Position numbers and translations under genes: made by a program. From the NCBI GenBank assembly GCA_043228905.1, contig JBHGNT010000002.1:15934001-15998000 (forward strand): a stretch of DNA of 64,000 nt, given 5' to 3'. Below the pieces are notes generated by a model, which was not told the DNA's origin, did not search any database, and saw only the letters and a list, made by a program, of their open reading frames with translations. Positions 1 through 12,737 of this stretch are shown here, piece by piece (the first letter of the stretch is position 1; the number at the start of each line of letters is the position of its first letter). This DNA comes from Azolla caroliniana (Eukaryota > Plantae > Polypodiophyta).

Positions 1-1294
1 AGGGTTCGAGAGAAAACGGCTCACTACACCAACTGCATGAGCAATGTCCGGCCTCCTGCATACCATAGCATACATTAAACTACCGACTGCAAAGGGATAT
101 GGTATTTGTTTCATTCCTTCTTGCTCTTCATCACTCGTAGGGCATTGAGTTGAGCTAAGTTTAAAGTGACCCACGAGTGGAGTGTTGACCAGCTTACTCT
201 TAGCCATGTTGAATCTCTCAAGTACCTTCTCAATGTACTTTTCTTGAGACAACCAAAGTCTTTTGCTTGCCTTGTCCCTGGTTATCTTCATCCCAAGGAT
301 TTGGTTGGTCGGTCCCAAGTCTTTCATGGCAAAAGATTTGTTGAGTTCCTTTTTCAACTTCTCAATCTTGTGGGTGTCTTGACCAACAATCAACATATCA
401 TCAACATACAAGAGCAAAATGACAAAATCCCCATCTGGGAATTTCTTAACAAACACACAATGGTCTGTGTTTGTTCTATTATACCCATGGTTCAACATAA
501 AGGAGTCAAACTTTTTGTACCAAAGTCAAGCAGCTTGTTTTAGGGTGTACAAGCTCTTCTTTAACTTGCATACTAGGTTTTCCTTATCTTTGACTCCAAA
601 CCCTTTGGGTTGATCCATGTAAATATCTTCTTCCAAATCGCCATGGAGGAAGGCGGTTTTTACATCGAGTTGCTCGATTTCTAGATCGAGACTAGCTGCG
701 ATCCCAAGTACAACTCTGATCGAGAACATCTTCACCACTGATGAGAAAATATCCTCGAAATCAATTCCCTTTTTCTGGTTGAACCCCTTCACAACCAATC
801 TTGCCTTGTATCTTGGCTATGAGCAATGTTCCTGAGTCTTGAGCCTGTAAACCCATTTGTTTTTCAGCACTCTTTTGCCCTTAGGTAGCTTTACAAGATC
901 ATAAGTGTGATTGTCTTGCAAAGACTTCATCTCATCATTCATGGTGTCAAGCCATTCCTCCTTATGATCATTTGCCATAGCTTCTCTAAAGCTTTCTGGC
1001 TCTCCTCCATCTAAAAGCATCACATATTCATGTGGGTTGTATCTAGTAGAAGGTCTTCTTTGTCTCATAGACCTTCTAACCTCTTCCTCTTCTGGAGGAG
1101 CTGCTGAAATGTCACCTAGAGTATGATGGTCATGATTCTGCCCATCATCATAGTCGGCTGCATCATCAACCATATCATCATACTCCTCGGTATCTCCCCC
1201 ATGTCCTTGTGTGTCTAGGGTGGGCATTGGGTGTTCGGTGACTAAAAAATCAAGGGTGAGATCCGGCATTTCATTCGGCTCCAGATCTTGTAAG

Positions 1295-1863
1295 TTTTGA
1301 GAAATCGATGCGGAATAGATCATAATAAACGAACTACACGCTGAAATACGAATCAGAGAAATGCCAGAAAGACAAGATAAACAGATGTACACAGAGATTT
1401 ACGTGGAAACCCTAAAATGGGGAAACCCACGGGTGAACAGAATCTTCACTATACAAAGTGGATATACAACACTCTGTCGAGTGTATCAGCCGCACAGGGC
1501 TCTTCGTGTCTGCTATTACTCACACAACTATGGCGCGGCTCACTCTCTCTATTGCACACACTGTTCTCTGCACACACATAAAGTTTTCCCTAGTTGTATA
1601 TATATACTTACACAACTTTTTGGCTATTTTACATACATAGCCCTCATGGGGCACACTCTTAAACTATTTACAATTATAGTCTCCCGAGTTGGCTATATAC
1701 ACGATTTTGGTTTCGGCCTCGGCCTCAACCGAGTCCCTCATCAACTCGGCTCCTCTCTCTCAAGTCTCCCCATGAGGGCGATGTATGTAAATAGCCAAAA
1801 AGTTGTGTAAGTATATATATGCAACTAGAGCAAACTTTATGTGTGTAGAGAACAGTGTGTGCA

Positions 1864-1951
<88 letters not shown>

Positions 1952-2212
1952 CCACGCCATAGCTGTGTGAGTAACAACAGACGCGAAGAGCCCTGTGCGG
2001 CTGATACACTCGATAGAGTGTTGTATTCCTCTCGGTGTTGTATATCCACTTTGTATAGTGAAGATTCTGTTCACCCGTGGTTTTCCCCATTTTAGGGTTT
2101 CCACCTAAATCTCTGTGTACATCTGTTTATCTTGTCTTTCTGGCATTTCTCTGATTCGTATTTCAGCGCATAGTTCATTTATTGTGATCTATTCCGCATC
2201 GATTTCTCAACA
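1295..2212. repeat. Long inverted repeat of LTR sequence (arms ~1295-1651 and ~1768-2212)
   Basis: The arms are reverse complements, roughly 90% identical by eye; the right arm has (GA)n(GT)n expansions and a ~20-bp insertion. ORFs 1361..1810(+) and 1760..2104(-) give near-identical peptides. Confidence 0.92.
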
Positions 2213-2215
2213 AAT

Positions 2216-2227
2216 TGGTATCAGAGC
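2216..2227 (+). promoter_or_regulatory. Primer binding site (tRNA-iMet)
   Basis: TGGTATCAGAGC after the LTR end CTCAACA (2212). Confidence 0.92.
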
Positions 2228-2240
2228 TTGAGGTGCAAGC

Positions 2241-5200
2241 ATGGAAGGAGGTGCGAGCAGATTCCCAGGTATGATAGTTCTAAACTCACAAAACTATTCA
2301 AACTGGAAGATCAAGATGGAGGACCTTCTCATAGTCAAAGACCTGTACGAGCCAGTAGACAGAGCCGAAATACCCAGGGGGGTATTGGAGTCGGACTGGA
2401 AGCTTCTGAATAGGAAGGCGGTGGCCACAATCCGACAATGTGTCGATGTAAGTGTCCTTCAGCATGTGGCGAACAACACGAATGCCCACGAGATGTGGCA
2501 GAAGCTGTCGGGTCTCTATGAGAGGAAGAACGCGCTCAATAGAACCTCATTGATGAGAAAATTCGTACGGCTGAAATACAGAGACGGTGAGAGCATCGTC
2601 GAACACGTCAGCACATTTATGGGGTATGTAAATCACCTTGTTGCGACCAAGTTTCCCCTAACTGATGCGATGCAGGCCATCCTGCTGATGTGTACGTTGC
2701 CGGAAAGCTGGGAGAACCTGATGGTTACTCTCAACACCTCCTGTCAAGAAGAGAACTTGTCTTTACAGATGGTGAAGACAAGCATCCTAAACAAGGAGGA
2801 AAGGAGGAAAGACAAAGGAGTCCTGTCCCAAACGAAGTCGAATCTCACTCAACATATGGACAGAGGAAGAGACCGACGAAGAAGAAGTCCGCAACGAACG
2901 GACAAATCCCACGCAAGATCAAAGTCTAGAGGTAAGCCTATGTGCTTTTATTGTGGAAAACCTGGACACTTCTAGAAGGACTGCCGACACATGAGAAAAG
3001 ACAAGAGTGTCGGAAATAATGTTGAACCCGGGAAAATTCCGGATGAAAAGAACACTTCGGCCATTGCTACGAGCAATGAAGAACTCCTGTTCATTTGTGA
3101 CCATATGAGTGCAAATCTTGCGAGTGAAGATTGCATGTGGTGATCGACTCCAACACATCCTTCCATATTACTCCGTCGAGAGAGTATTTTTCGACTTACA
3201 TAGCCGGGGATCATGGCTATGTAAAGATGGGTGATAGTGGAGAGTGCAAGATAACCGGAGTCGAAAGTGTGTGCTTAACGACGTCGACAGGGTGTCGACT
3301 AACGTTAAAGGATGTTCAACACGTCCCTGATATCAGATTGAATCTGATATCGATTGGAAGGCCTGACGACGAAGGCTACAGTGGTAATTTTCAGAATGGC
3401 AAGTGGAAGTTCTGCCAAGGAAATCTCATAGTGGCCCGAGCACAGAAAGAAGGCACATTGTATATGATGCATGCCCGACTGTGCAAATCGGAAGTAAACA
3501 TGGCAGCCGACTCAGCAGGGGAGATATGGCATAAGAGGCTAGGCCACATGAGTGAGAAGGGAATGCACCTGTTAACAGACCAAAAACTTCTACCAGAAGT
3601 CAAGGGAGTGCACCTGGAGAAGTGTGTCGACTGCTTAGCCGGAAAGCAAAATAGGGCGGCATTCCACACAAGACCACCAAGAAGAAGAGAAACTACACTG
3701 GAACTAGTGCACACGGATGTGTGCTATGTGGATGCACCATCGCATCGAGGAGAACAATACTTTGTAACGTTTATTGACGACTATAGTCGGAAGACATGGG
3801 CCTTCGTACTGAAGTCGAAGGATCAAGTACTGTCAGTTTTCAAGGAGTTCCAGGCAAGAACCGAAAGAGAGTCGGGTTGGAAACTGAAGGTTGTCTGAAC
3901 TGACAACGATGGCAAATACAAAGGGCAGTTCGAAGAATACTGCAAGTGCCAAGGTATTCGGATTGAATACACAGTGCCAAAGACCCTAGAGTTGAACGGG
4001 CTTGCAGAGAGGATGAATCGAACGATCATGGAGAGAGTAAGGAGCATGCTCTCTCATGCGAAACTGCCGAAATCCTATTGGGTTGAGGCGATGTACATAG
4101 TTGTTTATCTTATCAACAGGTCTCCCTCAGTACCATTAAAGGATGATGTCCCATAGAGGGTGTGAACAGGGAAGGATGTCTCCTACCAACACCTGAGGGT
4201 GTTCGTATGTTTGGCGTATATGCATATACCAAAGGATCATAGGTCAAAGCTCGACAACAAGTCGAAAGCATGCATATTCATGGGATACTCAGAAGATGAG
4301 TTCGGCTACAGGTTGTGGGACTTAATCGATAAGAAGGTAGTGAGAAATCGGGATTTCTTCTTTCTTGAAGACAAGACAATTGAAGACATGAAGTAACAGA
4401 AGTCGGAACTGACTCCCCAGTCAACCTCGACTACCATTGACTTAAGGCCAAGTGAGTCGTCACCGACAGCTGTAAGAAGACAGTTGGCCGACAGAGCCGA
4501 ATCCGAGTCGGTCGACTCGGAAAGGCCGATAGACTATGAGTCAGAGTCGGCAAACCTGCTAAAATCAATTGAGGAATATGAGTTGGAGTTGTCCAACCTG
4601 GAGATGCCGATTGATGAGCAGAATCCTGAGCAAAGAGAAGAGTTGGCAGAGACATCCGGAAGAGAGCCAACAGCGAGTGGACGAAGGTACCCACTCAGAG
4701 AAAGGAAGGCATCGATTACATATGCCAGTCAATACATCCTCTTGACTGATGATAATGAACCGGAGTGCTATGAAGAAGCCATTGCCAACGAGAGCAAAGA
4801 AAAATGGTTGAGCACGATGCAAGAGGAGATGGAATCCTTGCACACGAATTACACCTACGACCTAGTAGAGCTGCCGAAAGGTAAGAGAGCACTCAGGAAT
4901 AAATGGGTCTACAAGGTAAAGACTGGAGAAGTCGACATCGAGCCCAGGTATAAAGCCCGCATAGTGGTGAAGGGTTTCCAATAGAAGAAGGGCGTCGACT
5001 TTGACGAAATATTCACACCAGTCGTGAAGATGACATCCATTCGAATTGTTCTAAGCATAGCGGCCAGTTTGGACCTGGAGATCGAACAGTTGGATGTCAA
5101 AACCACATTTCTGCATGGGAAGCTAGAAGAAGAAATCTACATGCAACAACCCGAAGGCTTTGAGGAGAAAGGGAAAGAGAACCTGGTGTGTCGACTAAGG

Positions 5201-6336
5201 AAAAGCTTGTACGGATTAAAACAAGCTCCACGCCAATGGTACAAGAAATTCGAGTCCTTCATGGTGGAACATCGGTTCCAAAAAACACACGTTGATCACT
5301 ATGTGTTTGTAAAAAGGTACGAGGAAGGAGATTTCTTGATTCTCTTGCTATATGTTGATGATATGTTGATAGTCGGCCAAGATGCAAGGAAGATTGGAAG
5401 CTTGAAGAAAGCTCTCGGCAAATCATTTGCCATGAAAGACCTTGGACCGACAAAGCAAATCCTAGGAATGCACATAACTCGAGACAGAGCTCAGAAGGTG
5501 CTATGGTTGTCATAGCAGAAGTATGTGACGAAGATCCTAGAGAGGTTCAACATGTCGAATGCAAAGCCGGTCAGCTCAGTGTTGCCGACAAATTGCAGAT
5601 TGAATGCGAAGCACTGTCCGAAAGGGCAGAAGGAAAAGGCTGAGATGAAGAAGGTACCATATGCCTCGGCCGTCGACAATCTAATGTATGATATGGTCTG
5701 TACGAGACTGGACATAGCATTTGTTGTGGGAGTAGTAAGCCGATATATGAGTAATCCAGGGAGAGAACACTAGGCAGCGGTGAAGTGGATACTCAGGTAC
5801 TTGAAAGGTACCTCGGAGGTGTGCCTAAGGTATGGTGTCGGAAAACCTGTGTTGGAAGGTTTTACCAATTCGGACATGTCCGAAGATATCGACTCAAGCC
5901 GATCCACGTCAGGGTTCGTGATGACCTATGCAGGGGGAGCAGTGTCGTGGCAATCACGACTACAGAAGTCTGTAGCCTTATCGACTACAGAGGCAGAGTA
6001 TATGGCAGCAATAGAGGCCGGAAAAGAGCTGATCTGGATGAGAAATTTTCTCACAGAATTACGCATGAAGCAAAAGGAGTTCTTGCTTCATTGTGATAGC
6101 CAAAGCGCCATACACCTAGCCAAGAACGCGGCATACCACTCCTGGACCAAGCACATACAGAGAAGGTATCACTAGTTGTAGGAGAGAGTCGAAGAAGGAG
6201 AATTTTCCCTTGTGAAGATCCATACCGACGACAATGGATCTGACATGCTAACGAAGAACCTACCTATGGACAGACTCAGAGTCTGTCGACAAAATACAGG
6301 ACTGACATATTTCCTCCCACGGGACTGAAGGGTGAG
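2241..6336 (+). pseudogene. Copia gag-pol (gag, zinc knuckle, PR, INT, RT, RNase H), many stops; PPT 6327-6336
   Basis: NYSNWKIKM gag start, CFYCGKPGHF, WHKRLGH, YVDDMLI, ALSTTEAEY, HCDSQSAIHLAKN; multiple CAG/TGG/CGA-derived stops. Confidence 0.95.
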
Positions 6337-8661
6337 TTAGTATTTCTCAGTCGAATCTTCAAACAATCGACTCATTGTTTTCTACTGTCGGCTTTCCGAA
6401 CAATCGGATCTTCCCTGTCATCGACTGTCGGCTTTCCGATCAGTCGGTTCTTCCTCCCACTGGAGGGACATATTCCCAACAGTAAGGTCCGATCCTCAAA
6501 GAATACCACATCCCTGCTTCTAATGACCTTCTTCTCTATTGGGTCATAAAGTCTATAGCCGAATTCCTCATGGTCGTATCCCAAGAATATGCATGGTTTT
6601 CATTTGTCATCAAGCTTGGATCTTTCATCTTTTGAGATGTGAACGTAGGCCCTACAGCCAAACACTCTCAAGTGTTGGTATGACACATCTTTACCTATCC
6701 AAACCCTCTCAGGAACATCTCCATCCAAGGGGGCTGACGGAGACAAGTTTATGAGGTCAATTGCAGTCCTCATTGCTTCACCCCAAAAGGATTTAGGCAA
6801 TTTTGAGTGGGATAACATACATCTTATCTGCTCACAAATTGTCCTATTCGTCCTCTCAGCCACACCATTGTGCTGAGGTGTTTTTGGGACACTTCTCTCT
6901 AGTCTAATACCATGCTCACGACAATATTCCTCAAATCGTCCCTGATATTCACCACCGTTATCGACACGAATACATTTCAGCTTTCTTCCAGTTTCTCTTT
7001 CCACACTTACATGAAAGTTCCTAAAGATTTCAAACACTTGATCTTTAGTCTTTAATGCAAAGCACCACAACTTCCTCGAGAACTCATCGATAAATGTGGC
7101 AAAGTACAATGCTCCCCCAAGAGTTCTATCTTTCATATAGCACAAGTCCGTGTGCACCAGTTCCAATGGCTGAAATTTTCTTTTCGGGGGCAGATGTTGA
7201 AAGGAAACTCTGTGTTGTTTGCCGGCCAAGCAATTAACACAAGTTTCCAAGTGCATACCTTTTATGTCCGGAAGGATTTTTTTCCTTGCTAGAACATCGA
7301 GTCCCTTTTGACTCATGTGCCCAAGTCTCTTATGCCATAGCTCAATCGAGGCATCCTTGTTGGTTACATTTACCTCTCCATCGGACACCACAGCATGAAG
7401 TACATAGAGGGAATGCTGTTTTAAACATTTTGCTAATACCAGCGAGCCTTTGATGAGCTTCCATTTTCCTTCACCAAATGAATTTGTGTAACCCTCATCA
7501 TCAAGCTTACCGGTTGAAATAATATTTAGCCGAATGTCTGGTACATGCCTAACATCTTTTAATACTAGTTTGCAACCCATGTCCGTGGTCAGAATTATAT
7601 TTCCTATGCCAACAACCTCAGTCGCGCCGTGGTTAGCCATTTTTACTTTACCAAAGTCACCACCGGCATATGACGAGAACATTTCCCGATATGGGGTAAT
7701 GTGGTACGAGGCTCCCGAATCGATAATCCAATCGGTTTCTTGGGATGCTAAGCTGACACAAGCATCTTCACACGCGATGATGATATCACCATCACATGCG
7801 GTTGTTGTCGTGGAATCATTTTTCTTGTTGTCAGTAGTTCCACTCTTTTGGTCCCTCTTTTTCTTCCTACAATCTCTTTCATAGTGGTTTAGACCACCAC
7901 AATAATAACACGTGAAGTCTTTCTTAGAGTCTTTCCTATTTCTAGATTTAGACCTCCCCTTAGAATTATTTCTGTGATTTTGTGAACCCCTAGCATGGTT
8001 TCTTCCTCTAGAGGAGTTGTTTTCTATGACTAAGGCTTTATGGTCAAAGTTGGACTCATGCGCCTTTCGTCTACTTCTTCATGTATAAGATTCGACTTAG
8101 GCATGTCCAATGTTAGGTCCTTTTGTTGCGTTGCAGTCCCAAGCGTCACAACAAGGGTTTCCCAACTATCTGGTAGAGAGCCTAACAATAACAAGGTCAA
8201 CACCTCATTTGCTAGAGGTATATCTAGAGAGACAGTTTGACTTATAAGTCCTTGAAACGTATTAAGATGATCTGCCATACTAGAGTCATCTTGATACCTA
8301 AGTCTTACAAGTTTCCTAAACACAGAGACTATATTCAAAACATTTTTTGGTCTGAAACATACTCTCGATTTTTCACCATAACTCGTTTGCTTTGGTTTCA
8401 TCACAGAAATTGTTATATAGACTCATGTCTATGAAACATCGGATGTATGCAGATGTCTTTAGATGCATGGCATTCCATGTTAATGTATCTATGTTCTTGG
8501 GTTTGCTCGTACCATGTAGTACGGGCAACCACATGTCCTTCCTTACATACGAACATGTCCCTCATTTTGAACTTCCAAATGGGGTAGTTGGATCCCGTCA
8601 GTTTAATCATCCCGCCTAATGATTCATCCATACTCCAAGTCTTTGTGCAAGTATGAACCTC

Positions 8662-8673
8662 GCTCTGATACCA
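8662..8673 (-). promoter_or_regulatory. Primer binding site (tRNA-iMet)
   Basis: Reverse complement is TGGTATCAGAGC, 2 nt from the LTR end. Confidence 0.92.
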
Positions 8674-8675
8674 CT

Positions 8676-9566
8676 TGTTGGGAATATGGATCCGAATCGA
8701 GATTATTTAAACTTCAAACACAATTACCACTTGATGAAACCACAAGACAGAAATGAGAGTACACCAAAATTTTAAGTGGAAAACCCAAAATAGGGAAAAA
8801 ACCACAGGAACCGTAGGTTCCAAACAACTTCACTATATCTTTGAGTACAACGGAATACGACCTCAATAGAGGGGTGTATTTACCTCAAGGCAATGGCCTT
8901 GGTTACAACCTTCACCCAATCGGGTGGATAGAATAACAAGGATTACAAGCTGCGTACGAACTCTCTAGGTTTTGACCAGAGAAATGTCCTAGCCTCAAGG
9001 CAACAGCCTTGGCTACAATCTTCACCCGATTGGGTGGATACAACAATGACCCAGATTATAATTCCTCACCCAACTAGGTGGATAGAAAACCAAAGAAAAA
9101 GGAAACTAGAAAAGCATAAAACGAAGAAACCTGAAACAAGTAGACAAGACAGGTGTTGTTCAATCATGGTTCTTCGATAGCACGAACAGCCCCTCGCAGG
9201 TCTCTGTATCTGTGACTTCACTCTTCCTCTTGCTCGCTCTTTCGTTTTCTGTTTCTCTCTCTATGTTTTCTGTTCTTCCCACATTTTTTAGTTTTTGCTC
9301 TCTGTTTACTCTCAGAAAATCAGGTCACGTTGTCTCTCTTTTTCTTTTTCTGCTTTTCTCCTATTGTCTTCTTGTAGTCCAACGTCTATATCTGTGTTCA
9401 CACACACACACACAAAAGACACACACCCAAAAAACATACAAAAAGAAAAAAGGCATACATATATATATATATATATATATACAACTAATTATAACTTGCC
9501 TTAAGCCTATTTGGCATTCAGCCAACTCAATGTTGTGGGCTCCACTTGAGTGGACAAGCCCCAACA
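8676..9566 (-). repeat. 5' LTR of host Copia element (891 bp)
   Basis: TGTTG...CCAACA termini, adjacent to PBS; internal ~110-bp imperfect tandem units at about 8883-9085. Confidence 0.8.
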
Positions 9567-9574
9567 TGATAGAC

Positions 9575-10000
9575 GCGGCCGAGAAACGAGCAAGTGGCAA
9601 CCGGCTGAGTGACGGCCGAGAAATCGAGAGTTAGCCGAGAGTATGGCCGAGAAACGCAGCCGAAAATATGGCCTAATGCTAGCCGAGCCGAGTGACGATG
9701 CGTCGGCCGAGAGACGGCCGAAAAGCCGAGATTCGGCCGGGAAAGTGGTGAAGAAGCCGAGATTCGGCCCAAGCACTACCGAGAGTGGGCCCAGCCACGG
9801 CCGAGGGACAATCGGCTGAGAGAGAGGCATATAGCGGCCGAACATACGCAGCCGAGAGTCAGTCAAGATGTAGCCAAGTAACAACCGAGAGGTACGGCCG
9901 AGCACCAACCGAGTGACAGCCGAGACACGGCCGAGGGCCGAGAGTTGGCCGATAGCATGGCCGAGTGACCATCACAAGATGGTCAAGACACAGTCGAGCC
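9575..10000. repeat. GC-rich low-complexity array of (G)GCCGAG motifs
   Basis: Many GCCGAG/GGCCGA words at irregular 10-25 bp spacing, followed by a GA-rich tract at about 10005-10385. Confidence 0.65.
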
Positions 10001-10639
10001 GACAGAGAGAAAGAAGAAGAAAACAAACGAAAGGAGAAAAGAAGAGGGAAAGGAATTCGCAGAAGCAGAATCAGTGAGTACGTGGAAACCAGATTCTAAC
10101 TGAAATCAGAGTTGACAAAACACATACATGAGAACGATCAAAAGAAGAAGAAGAAACGAAAGGAGAATGAGGAAGAAACAGAGAAGGAAGAGGAAGAGTA
10201 GAAGGAAGAAGAAGACGAGAAGCACGAGACAGAAACAACAAATGAAGAAGGAGAAAGACGAAAAGAAGAGAAGAGGAGGAGGAAGAATTGACAGTAGGAG
10301 AAGTAAGAGAAGAAGGAGGAATCGACAAAACAGAGAAAGAAAGCAACAAGAAGAAAAAGAATAAAGAATAAAAAAGAAACCTAAAAAGAGAGGGGTACAG
10401 GACAAATTTTCAAAAAGCTCAAGGGCCCCACCATTAGAATTTCTAAAACTAGAGAGTATATGCCTAAATTTCATAGAACGCAGTGAATGAAATTTCAAAA
10501 AGTAAGGGTTACAACATAGAATTTTGAAAAAGCAATGGTACAAAAACTCATCACCACTCACACCAATAAAATAATAAATATGTATACGTATACACCCACA
10601 ATCATTTTTAAACCCTAAACAACTTTAGTATAGTGGACG

Positions 10640-11501
10640 AGCCGATTGGTGTGTGATCCAATCGTGCGATATGTTGACCGAACACGAAGGTTCATGTCAA
10701 GCCAGCTCCGATCGAAGTTATCGATCATAGAGCAATATTTCGGTCGAGGGATTTCCGACCGTCGAGAGAAGACCAATGGAGTTTCCAGTCAACGATTTTT
10801 TGGCATGGGCTTTGTGGGATCGACTGCATCGTGCATTCCAAGGTAGAATGGGCGGAGTTCAGACACGTTGTACATTGAACTGCATGTCGGAACCGAAGTT
10901 CCTCATCTGTGGGCAGTGCACGTTGTAGGGCTCCCATTGCCATACAATTACCATTCCGGGCCCTATCCATATCGAGCATCCAGTCAATGACCTCGTCGAT
11001 AGTACTTGTTCAGAAATCTATCACTACTAACATTGTCTAGAGTGGCTCCCGAAGAGCTGCCAGAAATACTACCTTAGCTTCATCCTTCGGGGGTGCCCTC
11101 ATCAATTGGTTGTGCAACGTCTAAAACCGGATGATAAATTGTGGTACGGTTTCATTTGCTTCCTGGCACATAGTACAGAACCGTTCAACTAGCTCTCTCT
11201 ATGCCACGTGTTGATGAAACAGTCGTAGGAACTTATCCATCAGAGCCTGAAATGTAACAAAGGTCCCCGGAAGATGTTTGGCATGCCAACGCGTCATCGG
11301 TCCTTCCAATGATAGCTCGAATTCTGCTATGTTTGATCGTTCAGTTTCCGCTTCCATTAGCCGCTGTGAGACATGATTGGCTTCCCATGTCTGTAAAAAG
11401 GCATAGACGTGTGCCTCTACATCTGGTTCGTCATGGTACTTGGGGTATCGCTCAGTCATTGGGTCATTCATCTGTCTAGACATCCATTCCCCAATGTTCA
11501 C
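10640..11501 (-). pseudogene. Gypsy (Tat-like) gag remnant
   Basis: YPKYHDEPDVEAHVYAFLQTWEAN...DKFLRLFH and CTTCLNSAHSTLEC; homologous to the gag at 50045-50760. Confidence 0.75.
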
Positions 11502-11534
11502 TGTTATATGCAGGAATCATGGTCGCCAAAACTA

Positions 11535-12022
11535 TGTTTATCCTGGGCTAGACTAGCCACAAACACAGGGTGTCCTTCCGGAACACGTCTCCAAAGGGGT
11601 GGTCAGAGATATGGATGATAATTCGGATCTTATTAACTTAACATTGTTCAGTTACTTTCCTTAATGCCTTCCAGAATCACACAATTATCCAAATCTTAAT
11701 TACACGTGTAAGATTATGAATGATGGCAATAGCGGCAAGTACACAAGATAGACAATAAGATTTCACAACAGCAACGCTTAATACTTTTATTGCTTCCATA
11801 AAATATACATCAATCCGGATCCTTTTATAAGCATCTGGTAAGAGTTACAAAATGGTGCCTTACCAACTACCGGCTACTAAACGGTGTGGATCTAGATTAG
11901 TACAACTATCTGGATCTGTCATTTCCTTAACTATATTAATTACTATATTAATTATACTCCTCCGGCCTTAACTCTTTCCTGTTCACACTTCCTCTTTTGG
12001 ATCATACTCTCATAGGCCAACA
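11535..12022 (-). repeat. Gypsy family B 5' LTR with tRNA-Arg-like PBS (11520-11528)
   Basis: TGTTGG...AAACA on the minus strand followed by TGGCGACCA; homologous copies at 32943-33348 and 41814-42260. Confidence 0.75.
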
Positions 12023-12737
12023 AGGAGAGATGTCCAAGGAGTCGAATTGGGTGAAGAATTCGATTTCGAAACGACTGAAGAAGTCAAAACGTCCAGATCG
12101 ACCGGAGAAGCCAAGGATGTGTGGACAGATGGAATAAGATCGGCTAGGTGGAGACTAGCTAGATGTAAGGGGAGCGGCCGAAAGAATGGACCAAAGTTGA
12201 AGCCGTCCGAACAAGGGGTAGGCAGAGCCGAGAAAGGCAAGGTAGGTGGCAGAGCCATGAAGGGCAGAGTCAACCTGAAGATAAAGGCCAGGACTAGGAC
12301 ATGGTCAAATGTGGTCGAGGGCCTAAAGGAGGATGAATTGGAGACAAGCAATTCTGACAAAAGCGGGAACGAATCAGAGACAACCAATTCAGTCGAGAAG
12401 AGTGATTCGGACGAGCTGAATCACATGAAGACCAAGCGGACAAGGAGGTTGTTGTAGCCGACGCCGACACGGGGAAGCCGATGAGTCGAGGGGCACCAAA
12501 GCCATGACAACTAGGACGCTAAGAAGGGCCTGAGGAGCAGACGTACGACCGTAGGGGTCGAGGAGCGCGGAACAAGAGGGGTCGAGGAGCATTGGACCAG
12601 AGGGGTCATGGGACGTGGGGCCGGACCGGAACGGACGAGGAGCACGAGCAAGGCGTGAAGACATCAGGAGGAGTCGGAGGCAAGGACCAGCGGATGCTGA
12701 CACAACGGACTGACCTCAAGTTGAGCTTGAGGGGGAG

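Larger units (their letters stand above)
1295..6481. mobile_element. Copia family A insertion with TSD GTAAG; LTR ends on minus strand, internal gag-pol on plus strand
   Basis: GTAAG at 1290-1294 and 6482-6486. Segments 1295-~1680 and ~6345-6481 match the two halves of the family-A LTR at 63156-63765 (minus). Confidence 0.88.
1..9566 (-). mobile_element. Ty1/Copia LTR retrotransposon (host element 'I'), degenerate, 3' end outside window, interrupted by insertion 1295-6481
   Basis: 5' LTR 8676-9566 and Met PBS 8662-8673. Frameshifted gag about 7860-8631; protease WIIDSG about 7720; integrase 6600-7682 (LWHKRLGH, CLAGKQ, DNGGEY); RT 1-1289 ([21 protein letters not shown] region). Removing the insert restores VFFEDRT-LQDLEPNE. 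Confidence 0.93.

Noticed and set aside
1361-2104. ORFs 1361..1810, 1725..2090, 1760..2104, 1841..2095 as genes
   Set aside because: They lie in LTR and microsatellite sequence; their similarity to each other reflects the inverted repeat.
10071-10561. Arg/Lys-rich or Leu/Ser-rich ORFs
   Set aside because: Translation artefacts of a GA-rich low-complexity tract.
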